Assembly (NCBI GenBank): GCA_051530055.1
Contig: JBMGUZ010000045.1
Location: 1 to 22,513, forward strand
DNA length: 22,513 nucleotides
Reading direction: 5' to 3'
Source: Neoechinorhynchus agilis
Taxonomy: Eukaryota > Animalia > Acanthocephala
The notes below the pieces were generated by a model. That model was not told the origin of the DNA and ran no database searches. It saw only the letters and a program-made list of their open reading frames with translations. Below are positions 11,460 to 21,564 of the stretch, in pieces. The stretch's first letter is position 1, and each line of letters opens with the position of its first letter. Both the position numbers and the translations under genes were made by a program.

Positions 11460-13048
11460 TCAATTAACAAATAAATTGTCAATGCACGACTTCAGAAAAT
11501 TTATTTTACAAAGTTGCGGTGGTGACGACTTCGAGCGAGGGATATGGATCAACCCGACACTCGATCGAATATTGTGTCCATTGTGTAAGGCTGAATAAAT
11601 CAATAAATCAGCTTCCGGTACAGTCAATTCCGTAGCTAAAACCCAACGAGCATTGATATCTGGTCTCAACACCAAATCTTACTGTTTTCTAAGACGAAAT
11701 TCATGCCCTCAACGTTCGTTAGAGGTCTGGGTTGATAATTCGCAGGGACCTGGTTCTTGGCCGCAGCGAATTGAGATGCGAACCGTAAATTCAGCAAAGT
11801 TCTTATGACATCGTCTCTATAACACGAGATCCTTGAAATTGAGAGTAGCTGTCTTAAGGCAGCAAGCAATGTTGAATTGCAATTCAAACATCCACGATAG
11901 TGAAGGGTTCTTAATTTGATTGTTAATGTTATTACTCCATTAGCTGTATTAATTGTCGGCGCAGTGCCAATAAAGTTTATGAAGATTACAGATTGATTGG
12001 AAATTGTCTCACCAATCACATAAGCGTTCAGCTATTCATCGAATTTTGAATTTCCATTAAACTTTTCAAAAATAACTTACATCGTGAATGATTTGATTCA
12101 CTTGGTTTCCCACCACCGCCGGGGATAAAGAACCGACATTGTTACCCAGCGTTATTGTAGCCTGTTTCCAGTCAGCCGCTATTTTTAGATGATTTTCCTG
12201 AACATTAAACAGTCAACGACTTACCCAACGGTAGAAGACTTGTTGACAGTGGTAGCTGATTTCTCGCCGCAGTGATATTTGCCAAAGTTCCAGCGCTTGA
12301 TTCGGTTTCTGTTTAACTCGATAATACACAACTTCATTCTACGTTCGAGTAACTTACCAGCACCGAGATTAACGATTGCATTCTCCGCTACAGCAATACC
12401 CGTGCCAATATTGATGGTCAGATTTTTAAAAGCATTCGCTAAAAGCGTTTGTCGCCCTATTGTGCAATTATCCGAACATCTTCTTTGAAAATAGACTATA
12501 AAGTTCATGGTGACGCTGAAAAGAATATGATAAGGTTATTGAGTTTTAAACTACCGAATACAAACTTCAACATTCTATCTCTTATACTTTGAAGTGGTGG
12601 TACTTCTAACACACGTAGAAAAAATGGAAATCTTCCCACTAAAAATTTATATTTTTGTTGATTACAAGAAAAAGACTAACGTCGTCTTGGCGGATCCTTC
12701 TATTAATAGCGTTCCCCACTCTTGCACCTCCTGAAAGTATCCTCGCATTAAGAACTGCACCTCCTCTCGTTTCTGCACTTTTTCGTAAAACATCACCAAA
12801 TAAAAAATACGAACCGAAAAGTGTCGGAGCTACGAATCCATCGTTAGTACTATTTCCCCGATTTCTAAATGCCAATCCAATACCGACACCCGCAATGATT
12901 ACTACCAGAGCAAGTGATATCAATCCAATGATTGTAACCAACACCGGCGTGACTCTGTAAGGTGATTGGTTGCAGTGAAAATAGGATTTTTTGGAGATAC
13001 AAACATTGCCGAGGACTTTTTACGTTTGGTTTCCATTGGGTTCTCCAT
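11460..13048 (-). pseudogene. Paralog copy B of the SEA-like membrane protein gene: frameshifted and 3'-truncated
   Basis: Same exon/intron structure as copy A through exon 9. A 34-nt deletion at the start of exon 4 (junction 12638/12639; equals A 1967-2000) gives WEDFHFFYVC*. Exon 8 (12031-11683) is in frame. Homology ends in exon 9 at 11610 and the frame runs into unrelated DNA to a stop at 11460. Confidence 0.85.
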
Positions 13049-13499
13049 CTTAAGATTTAAAAAATTTACTTCGTTGGTTTAAGCGTTTGCCATTTTTATA
13101 CCATTGGTGATTCACATTAATGAAAAATGATGCATCCTTTAAGAAGTTTTTGCTGTGCATTTGCGTTGGAAAAGCACTCATCTATACAAGGGCTTAACAC
13201 TTTTTTTGCTTAACGAACGAGATCAGATTTTTTTCTAGGGAACTGTCATCCCCTTGTAAAATTGTGTCTATGATCCGAATCAGAATTTTTGTGTATGATG
13301 AATACCTGGAAAGTTATGAATTTTATGAGGAATTTGTAATCGACAGTTAAACAAAAAATGAAACAAGACATTCGTCGTTATTATGAAAATATCTGGAAAC
13401 ATGAAAAAATGAAAGCAAAAAAATAAAACTTCATTTAGGATAAAAATATCGAGATAGGACATTTATGTTTAAAATATTACGCTTTCCAGTTTTATAACT
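11610..13499. repeat. Segmental duplication, copy B (direct repeat of 954-2897)
   Basis: Direct colinear alignment by eye, with small indels. Confidence 0.95.
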
Positions 13500-14289
13500 C
13501 AACATATGGAAGGCAACGAGGCGAGCATCAGCTTGAAATTACCAATGAGGAAATAGTGGTGCTCTTTTTCAGAGGTTACAGTGAACAAAGAGTCCAGAAA
13601 CTTGGTTTTCTAAATCATGACGCATGTTAATAACTAATCTACAGGATAACACTTGTGTGTTAGTATTTTAGATGATAAACAATTGATAATGTCGGAATTA
13701 TCCGACGTGAAATTTCGGCAATAAATCTATGCATTTAAATCCTGGTGGGGATAACTATAAAAAGAAAAGATGTTGAGATTTTTGTCCCACCAGAAGATTG
13801 TCCAAGGATCTCTGGAACAGGGAGTGCCTCGTTGAGGGCTTGTACTATGGCGTGTTTGGCTCTCTCCGTGCCTCGAATTGTAAAAAGTGTGAAAAGAGAC
13901 TAGCTCGCGCTGATGATGAGAGCTATTAAAAACCAAATCCATCGCAATGAGCTTTAAAAAATCCTCATTTCTGCTGGATTCAAAAGTGTAAATGTTCCTC
14001 GGCCGACTTCGTGCCATGGAAGAGGTGTTGCTCTGAAGTGAGTGAGTGTGGATTAGACGATTTTTGAGGTGCCGAGCTAGATATTAAAAGGATTTTTTAT
14101 TGCTCGGAAATTAACCCGTTCCATTCATCCTACAATAATCCCACTTTACTAGGGCGTCTGCACTTCCTTTGCGCCTATAGTTCAGTTGCTCACACGTCTT
14201 CACTCACGGGTGTTTGAAGCGAGTATCGGATATAACTCACCCTCCCCGACGGAGGTGCTCCTATAAATGATTACATTTATATCCGTGCC

Positions 14290-14560
14290 CTTACATTTTT
14301 CGCATCCATGGCTGGGCAAAGGTGCTCAATAACGGACGGCTCTTCATCTAAAATATGGACGATCGCCAAACAAGCTGGTTGATTCAGTGCCTTTCGGGAT
14401 CGAAACGTTAGGGGCCCTCGGAGAATCCGCACTTCAGCTTGTATCCGATTTAGCAAGGAGGTTGATGGCGATGACAAGGGACTTGCGTGCGACAGCATTC
14501 CTTAAAAATATATCTCCCTCGCAGTACAATGAGGGAATGCTGCCAGCGTGAGGAAAACCG
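14290..14560 (+). mobile_element. 3' fragment of a CRE-like non-LTR element (restriction-like endonuclease tail)
   Basis: VPFGIETLGALGESALQLVSDLARRL...AFL (frameshift) ISLAVQ*GNAASV matches the CRE-type C-terminus FVPFAVETLG...F..Q.IS.AVQRGNAASV. Confidence 0.8.
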
Positions 14561-14644
14561 CGGCTCCACAGAACATTATCTTCCAAAATTTGTAAATTTT
14601 AGTAAATTTAAATCACATTTAAGCGATTGACTTTCGGTATAAGC

Positions 14645-15710
14645 TCGGCACCGGCTACTACCGCGTTCCAAGCGTGCGGGAAACTATCGTTTCACCCGTA
14701 TTCCAATGGGAGTGACGGGGTCGCTGCCTTCCAGAGGTTTATGGATAACCTGATAGACGGGCCCGATTTGAAGTTTACATTTTCTTACCTGGGCGATATT
14801 ATAGTTTGCGACTCGACCAAAGACGAACATGATCAAAATTTGAAGCGTTTCAAAACCGTTACGATGGAAAAAGGACTAAAGTTAAATATGGAGATAAGCA
14901 CATTCTGTCAAGAGACCATCAGGATACTCGGTTACGAAATCGGTCATGGTCACCTGAAACCGGATCCTTCTCGCAACTTTAGATCCGTACCACAAATCAC
15001 CTCCGATTGCAACGTATTTTGTAAATTGAAGCCGCATTTTTTCAAGCTTCAAGACGACCTAGAGCTGACTAAAGCAAAAGCACCTATGGAGAGGATCTCG
15101 ATGGATTTTAAAGGTCCCTTACCAACGTCTACTCAGAGACACAAATACTTGTTTGTCACTATCGACGAATTTTCACGTTTCCCAGTAGCGTTCGCATGTC
15201 GGGATACGTCCACCGAAACCGTCAAATCCTGCCTGCAGCAAATATTTGCCTTGTTTGGCTGTCCGACTTATATTCGCTCTAATCGAGGCGCTTGTTTCAC
15301 GTCCCATGTTCTTCGCGACTGGCTAAAATCTCTCAAGATAACGTCCTATCGACCACAAGCAAACGTGCAATGCAAGAGACTTAACGCCACCTTGTGAAAA
15401 ACTATTTTGATTGTTTGTGCGTTGGCGAATCCTGTCCCCGGTGTTTTCGTTACTCATTTATTTTAGTAATATTTCGCAAGGTTTTCCTTGCCTCTTCAGT
15501 CTATTGCCTGTAAGTTTTCTACAATTGGACAGGATTCGCCAACGTACAATCAAATTCACCCCGAGGACAATGATATATGACATATTTTGATTGTATTAAG
15601 AGACGGTGGAAAATCAATAACGACCTGGCACGACGTGCTTTTTCCGGCACTCTCCTGTATAAGATCATTATTATGCACCAGCACCGATAAGACGCCTCAT
15701 GAAAGTTTTT
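14645..15710 (+). mobile_element. Second, internally deleted copy of the same Gypsy family (RT end fused to integrase)
   Basis: GVAAFQRFMD...TFSYLGDIIV...LGYEIGHGHLKPDPS jumps (~14975) to integrase C..FCKLKP...MDFKGPLP...NVQCKRLNATL*KTIL. It resumes after an insert as IVLRDGGKSITTWHDVLFPALSCIRSLLCTSTDKTPHESF. Closely parallels 8800-10340. Confidence 0.9.
15403..15594. mobile_element. 168-bp non-coding insertion with 12-bp target-site duplication and a 23-bp inverted repeat
   Basis: TATTTTGATTGT at 15403-15414 and 15583-15594. Removing 15415-15594 restores the integrase frame. 15415-15437 (TTGTGCGTTGGCGAATCCTGTCC) is the reverse complement of 15527-15549 at 22/23 positions. Confidence 0.8.
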
Positions 15711-18700
15711 ATTTTTTTATATAACGGCGTGTACAAAATGTTTCTCGATATATCCTAATTTTTATCCGAATTTCGGTTGCAAATGTTTTAGTTAGTTGTT
15801 TTTGTTCTTTTCACTCTCCATCAGCTTCATGATCGATCTCAAGATCCAGCCACATGTTAGAGAGTAAAGAACTAAAAACCTTTTCAGATACGGACTCCAT
15901 TTTTGTCGATTGATTTGGAACGTGTCAGGTTTTTATGAATAAACTTTTTCTATCCTTCTTTTTCATGTCTTTCATCCATTCTTTTAACCAATTTGTTTCT
16001 TCAATCTTTAGACGTGACATTCCGTGTGTGTATTCAAAGTAGTAATTTCCTTGCTCTATTTGTATTCGTGCTTTTTTCTCAGCAATTGAGTACTTCCATA
16101 TGTTTTGTGTAAAAATACGTTTGAGGAATGAGTTTATTTCCGTGGCTGTCTTCTCATTCACTAATCACAGAATGCAGTGATCCGTTTAATCAAGTTGGTT
16201 GCAAAGTGAAGTTTCATATGCTGTGGCCTTCCTCTGCCGAAAAAACAGAAAGATGATGCAGCCATAGTTTTCAAAATTTGAATTGGAAAACATTTCTCGA
16301 TCCCGAGATGCTTCATTCTTTTACAGACCATCTTTATCTTTTTGTATGTAGATCCAAGTGCTGAGTTTGTAATCGTACTTTTGTTTAAAGCGGGAAAGTT
16401 TATCCCCAGAATTCGAGTCCTTGTCATGATTTTCAACCCTTCAAAATTTTTGTCCTCACGCATCGTTTTTTGAAGTTTTAGTCTCGCAGCGCTTGAGTCC
16501 GTTATTGGGATGGGGTTTGTCTTTGCTCTGTTGATCGCGAGATTCGCCATTTTCATTGCTTCATTAATTTTACAAATTCCGTACTCAATCATTCTACATA
16601 CGCGCTCTTTGATTTTATGAAAAATAAAAATAAAGATATCGTCTGCATATACCAAAAATTGAAACATTTCAGCTCCCTTTTGAGATCCTTCATGGCTTCA
16701 AGTTGCGACATGCTTCATATATAAAACTTCTATCTATAGCATCAAACGCTCTGCTAATATCTAATTGAACTACTGCTTTGTGCACCTTTGAGTGAGTACT
16801 GTTCAATCTATGAAGCTCTGTCAATAAAGTGTTCACGCTTTTGCCCTTTATAAAACCATGAAAGATATTTGGGATCTTTTTTCTTTTCGATAATAAATCC
16901 ATAAGGGTATTATTCAAGCACTTTTCCATAATAAAAATAACTGGGTTTTGAATGTCGATAAAACGCACCTCCGTTGGCGACATTATTCTGTTCTTATTTT
17001 TTGGAATTATCACCTTCTTCACTATGTTAAATTTCATTAGTTCAAAAAAGGACAAGTTCTTATCCATTTTGGTCCAAAATAAAACTTTATTTCGTCCATC
17101 TAGCATGTCCATTACCTTGGGAGAGACATCTTTTCCATTCATGGCCAAAGAGGAGTTGCCCTTCCAACATTTAAGTACCTGTTCTATATTTCTATTCCCA
17201 AAGGAACATTTTTCCTTCTCAGGCCATATGTATGGGGTTTTTTGACCCCCAAGATATGGTGGAATAAAATTATTTCTATTACATTAGTGTATGAAATTTC
17301 CGCTATCCAACAGGCTGCTTTCATTTTCTAGTCAGTTCTCTTTTTCTTTAAAATTATGTCTCAGAATTTTTTCTTCAGAAGGCTTCAAATTGATAGATTT
17401 AATCTATTTTTTTCTATACTCTCCCAATATAAATTTTTATAAAATTTCCCCATCCAGTACTGAGAACCCAGAGAATCTCCTTTGGTTTCGCAAATTCGTG
17501 CCATGCGGTAGTTCGCTGCATTTGGTCCAAAAGCACGATTACTCCTAACTGGCCTAGCAGTAATTTGTGATTTTTTGCAGCAATCGATACCATGCTATTA
17601 AATGCCCCCATAGAAACCATACCTTTATCATTTATCAGAGATGATAAGGTTTCATTAAAAGGCTTAATGGCCGCAGGACTATAAAAATCGACTTTTGTTC
17701 TCAGTCCATAGGAACCTAGACTGTATATTAGCATGTCATGGCCCATTTTTTTGTTATCAAAAAATTGTCCGGTAACATTTGCCACCAAGTTTAATTCCTT
17801 CCTGGAGAACATAAGGTCTAAATAAGAGTGGGAGTTTCTCGAGTGGAAGGTGGATGAGCTCGACATTTGAACGTTATAGTTCGAAGACCAGTGATTCAGT
17901 GCCACCGCTCTATTTGAGTTAAAGTCCCCCAGTATCAAGTCCGGTTTCCATTCTAGCAACCATTTCTCTACGTTTTTTTGAAGAAAGATATTTTTAGGGA
18001 GCTATATATAAGTTGCCTAGAATGAGTCTAGCCTGATTAGATCCTTCGTCCTTTAAAAAATTACTTATCGAAATTATTTGTATTGCATAGTTTACGGTTT
18101 TGGATTGCACTAATAATTTCGGACAGAGGGACTTATGAACCGTTGTTTGTAATCCTCCCGAGAAACCCATATTATTATTAGGGGCATTACCATTGTTTAT
18201 AGGGGCTAATACTACAGTAATGTAATCCACGTTTTCAATCAGGGGTTGTTCTCCTGTCTCCTGCATACAAAAATTTTTCGTAGAGTCCCAATTTATCGCC
18301 TGTTTCAAGAAATTAGATAATGTTGAAATTTTCGAAACATTATATGTTATAATATTAAAATTATGATTTAGGTAATTTATGGGCCTTATCATATTAAATT
18401 TTGTTTGATCATGAGGTTTTCCCCCTCTTACCTCCCGTGATTCCATTTCTATTTGATATTATGTTTCCTCCTCTGCTCTTTTTTGTAATTTGCTTTTCTG
18501 GTTGCGCCACCTTTCCACTGTTACCAGATGTAATTACTATTTCCTCTATGTCTGAACTTGATTCTGATGAAGCTTCATTGCCTCCTAGCTTTCTTAGTTC
18601 CGCCTTTAAACTCCAGTTTTCCTTCTGCAGTTCGTCTATTTTTTTATCTTTTTTGTCCATTTCACCCATTAATACTACCATTTTTCCGTTCAATTCTTTT

Positions 18701-19320
18701 ATCTTACTTGCTAGGGACTGCACCTTTCTCTCTAAATACCTATCTTCATTGATTTCGGGCTAGGAAGTCTGGTTGTGCTTAAATCCTACCCACTCATTCC
18801 CTGAAGATGTGTCCTTGTTGACACTTTTCCAATATCTTATAGCGACAGGACATACTCTCTTGAAACCGGTATGTCCTCCTTCGCAGTCGGGGCAACACAG
18901 TCTATTATTGCTACTACATTGTTCCTTAACATGGTTTTCTGAGCAAAACATACATTTGATTTCGTTATTGCACTCCCTGGTTATGTGCCCCCATTGACAA
19001 CACTTTTGGCATCGGGTTAGAATGAAATCATGTATTGATGTTTTATCTTGACTTGAAAATTCTATACAGTAAGCTAAAAACGGAAAATTGCGTCCTTTAA
19101 TTTTATTAATCGTATCTTGGGTTCCCGCAACTAAAATCGCATATGGATCCATAGTTGGATTTTTTCTTAAATATTTAATTGGATCAACGCCAAACACCTA
19201 TCTTATCTCCTTTAACTCTTCCTTACTAAGATCTGGGGGTGGATTAATGAACAAATAAACACGTTTTATTGATTTAGAAAAACGATCCATACACTTGCCA
19301 GCATCTATCTTTGCTGAAGT
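15710..19320 (-). mobile_element. Divergent degenerate LINE (I/Jockey-group-like architecture): ORF1 with three Cys/His knuckles, ORF2 APE-RT
   Basis: ORF1 CQKCCQWGHITREC, CMFCSENHVKEQC, CPDCEGGH, with in-frame TAG stops at either side. ORF2 IITYNV, MQETG, GNLYIAP, LILGDFNS, YLDLMFS, GHD; RT FHGFIKGKS, LDISRAFDAIDR, VYADD. A-rich 3' end near 15711-15725. Confidence 0.9.
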
Positions 19321-19329
19321 TGTCTGGAT

Positions 19330-20870
19330 GTCGGATGTTGAGGCAGGGAGGTGGGATTTGTCTTTGGAGTTATACAGGAGAATGACAGATTGGAGTCTTT
19401 CCTTGTTCTCCGGTTATTAAGGAAAGATTGGGCTTGGGGGAAGAAAGATTTTTGGTAGAGGATGGTACGAGCGAGGGGGGATGAAAAAGGTTGGGGTTCC
19501 GGGTGTTTACGAGGGAAGAGTATTTAGAGATGAGGGAAGAAAATTGTGGAGGGGGTTGAAGAAGACGGAGGGCGTTTTTGGAGAAAATGGAGTGGAGGTG
19601 GGCGTCGAGGGGAGGGAGTGAAGTCCCGCATATTCTCGCTGCTCTCTTGTGGAAGGTTTCGAGGGAATGGAGAGCATTGGCGGAAAGGGCGAGGAAAGTG
19701 GGGAAGGCGTATGTAAGGATAGGGAGGATGGCAGAGAGATAAAAGTGGGCAAGGTGTTTAGGGGATACGTTGAGACGCCGGAGGAGTTTGAGGAGGTAAA
19801 GACGAGGGTTTGCTTTAGAGAGTGCAAACGAAATGTTCGCATCCCATTTAAGGTTTTCTTCGAAAGTCAGGCCAAGCATTCGGAGAGGAGAGGAACGTTG
19901 GATGGGGAGAGCGAGAGGCGCGGGGATAAGATTGCGTTTGGAAATATGCGGGACAAGCTCAAAAGATTTGGATAAATTTAGGGAGAGGTTTAGGGTGGAG
20001 AGCGAGGAAATGAGATGGTTGAGCTCGTCCATGGTTGTGGAGAGGGAGAGAGGGAGATTCGATGGTAATGACTGTGAGGTCATCTGCATAGAGAAAATAT
20101 TTGGTAGAGGGAGCGAGGGGATGGAGGTCATTTAGAAAAATGTCAAAGAGGAGAGGGGAAAGTACGGCGCCTTGGGGGACCACTTTAAATATTGGTAGAG
20201 AAGAGGAGCAAGAAGTTCCACATTGGATATATTGTTTGCGGTTGGAGAGGAAAGAGGAAATCCAAGCGAGTTGCCAGGTTGGGAGGCCAAAGGAAGCACA
20301 TGATTGGAGGAGAAGGGAGTGATCTACCGACTCAAACGCCATGGAAATATCCAGTTGCACGAGACGGACGGTTGATTCTGGATTGGAATCTAAGCTGCGC
20401 ACAAGCGTATCGTAGATGCAGAGGAGGGCATCAGAACAAGAGTAATTGGGACGGAAAGCGAATTGGGAAGGGGAGATGTTTTTGAGGAAGAAGGGAAGTA
20501 GGCGGGTTTTAGAAAGGAGAAAGGATAGAGATGGGACGAAAGGATGTGGGAGAAATCCGCTTATCGTTTTTGGGTAGGGGGACTACACGGGCTTCCTCAA
20601 GACACGATGGGAAAGTGCCCAATAGAAAGCTAAGCTTCGTTATGTGCGTTAGAGGATCGATAAGTTCCAGGATGATGAAACGAATGACCCAGTTTGGGAT
20701 AGTCGAATTAGGGGAAGAATGGCGGGGCAGGCGTTTAACGATCTCTAGGATTTCGAGAGGGGAAACTAAGGAAGGGCATGTATGAATGGGCAGGTCCGAA
20801 AGTGAAAAGGGAGGTTGGGACAATGGAGTGATGGAGGACCCAAGACGATCGGATGAAGTTTGACTTTTGA
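19330..20870 (-). mobile_element. Degenerate L2/CR1-like LINE RT (5'-truncated), related to 3080-5190
   Basis: IPNWVIRFII.ELIDPLTHI, FRPISILSP, QLDISMAFESVDH, VPQGAVLSPLLF, YADDL, LRMLGLTFEENLKW, RLYLLKLLRRL. Distinctive stretches are shared with the + strand copy (IPNWALRYIIPELIYPLTHI). Confidence 0.92.
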
Positions 20871-21004
20871 GGACAAGCTGGCAAAGCGACCTCTAGTGTG
20901 AGAGAAAGCTATAAGAAGTGTGTGTGACTATTATATTCATTATAACATTACAACGTCTGTGCAAGTGTTTAGTTTTTGTCAGTGTTTTTTCTATTCAATA
21001 AAAC

Positions 21005-21400
21005 CTCGGGCACGAAGCAGGAGGAAGCTTTCCAAGAAGTCAGGGAATCGTTGATGAACGCTCAAGTCCGTAAGACTGGATCTAAAAAGTGAAACTCGAT
21101 TGTGCTGTGACGCAAGTGAAAAATGCCTTGGAGCTGTCCTCATGTAGGTCCTCGGTACGAAGGCAAAAAATATACAATCCGCTCCAAAGTCGCTCGATTC
21201 ATCGGAAAAAAAACAGAGCGATGCGAGGAACAAGAATGCAGCAATAGAAAACGGATGGCGATTTGGAAGGTACCCAAAAACGGCCGAATTCTAATCCGTT
21301 TATTTATTTTGCACGCATTTAAATATTCGTCGTCATTTTTTAATAGAGGAATCTTCCTATCACTCACGCATTTTTCTCTCGCCTGAGAAGGGTTGCGGTT
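21005..21400 (+). mobile_element. Gypsy RT-connection/RNase H fragment of another family
   Basis: GTKQEEAFQEVRESLMNAQV (frameshift) ETRLCCDASEKCLGAVLM*...KSLDSSEK matches AF..LK..L...P.L / L.CDAS..GLGAVL.Q / S.SL...E. Confidence 0.8.
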
Positions 21401-21564
21401 CCCTCGACAACCAATTTGTCCTGTTTGCTGCAATCCACTCATCGTTTCCTCGGCCTTTCTCGTCAGCGATTTCCCCTTATTTCCAGGTTCTCCGCGCTGC
21501 GCAGTATGTGATGTGCTTCGCACTTCGAAACTTTATCGCGCCAGCGCAACCCCATAGGAGCCGC

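Noticed and set aside
13990-14040. EQHLFHGT, resembling the PARP catalytic H-G-T motif (minus strand)
   Set aside because: A stop follows within 10 codons and no other PARP motifs are present.
19507-20785. Long plus-strand G/E/R-rich ORFs
   Set aside because: Antisense by-products of the compositional skew of the LINE RT on the minus strand.
20900-21010. LTR-like AT-rich segment with AATAAAACCTC, also seen at 7111
   Set aside because: Only an 11-nt match, with no further alignment to 7033-7146 and no paired LTR.
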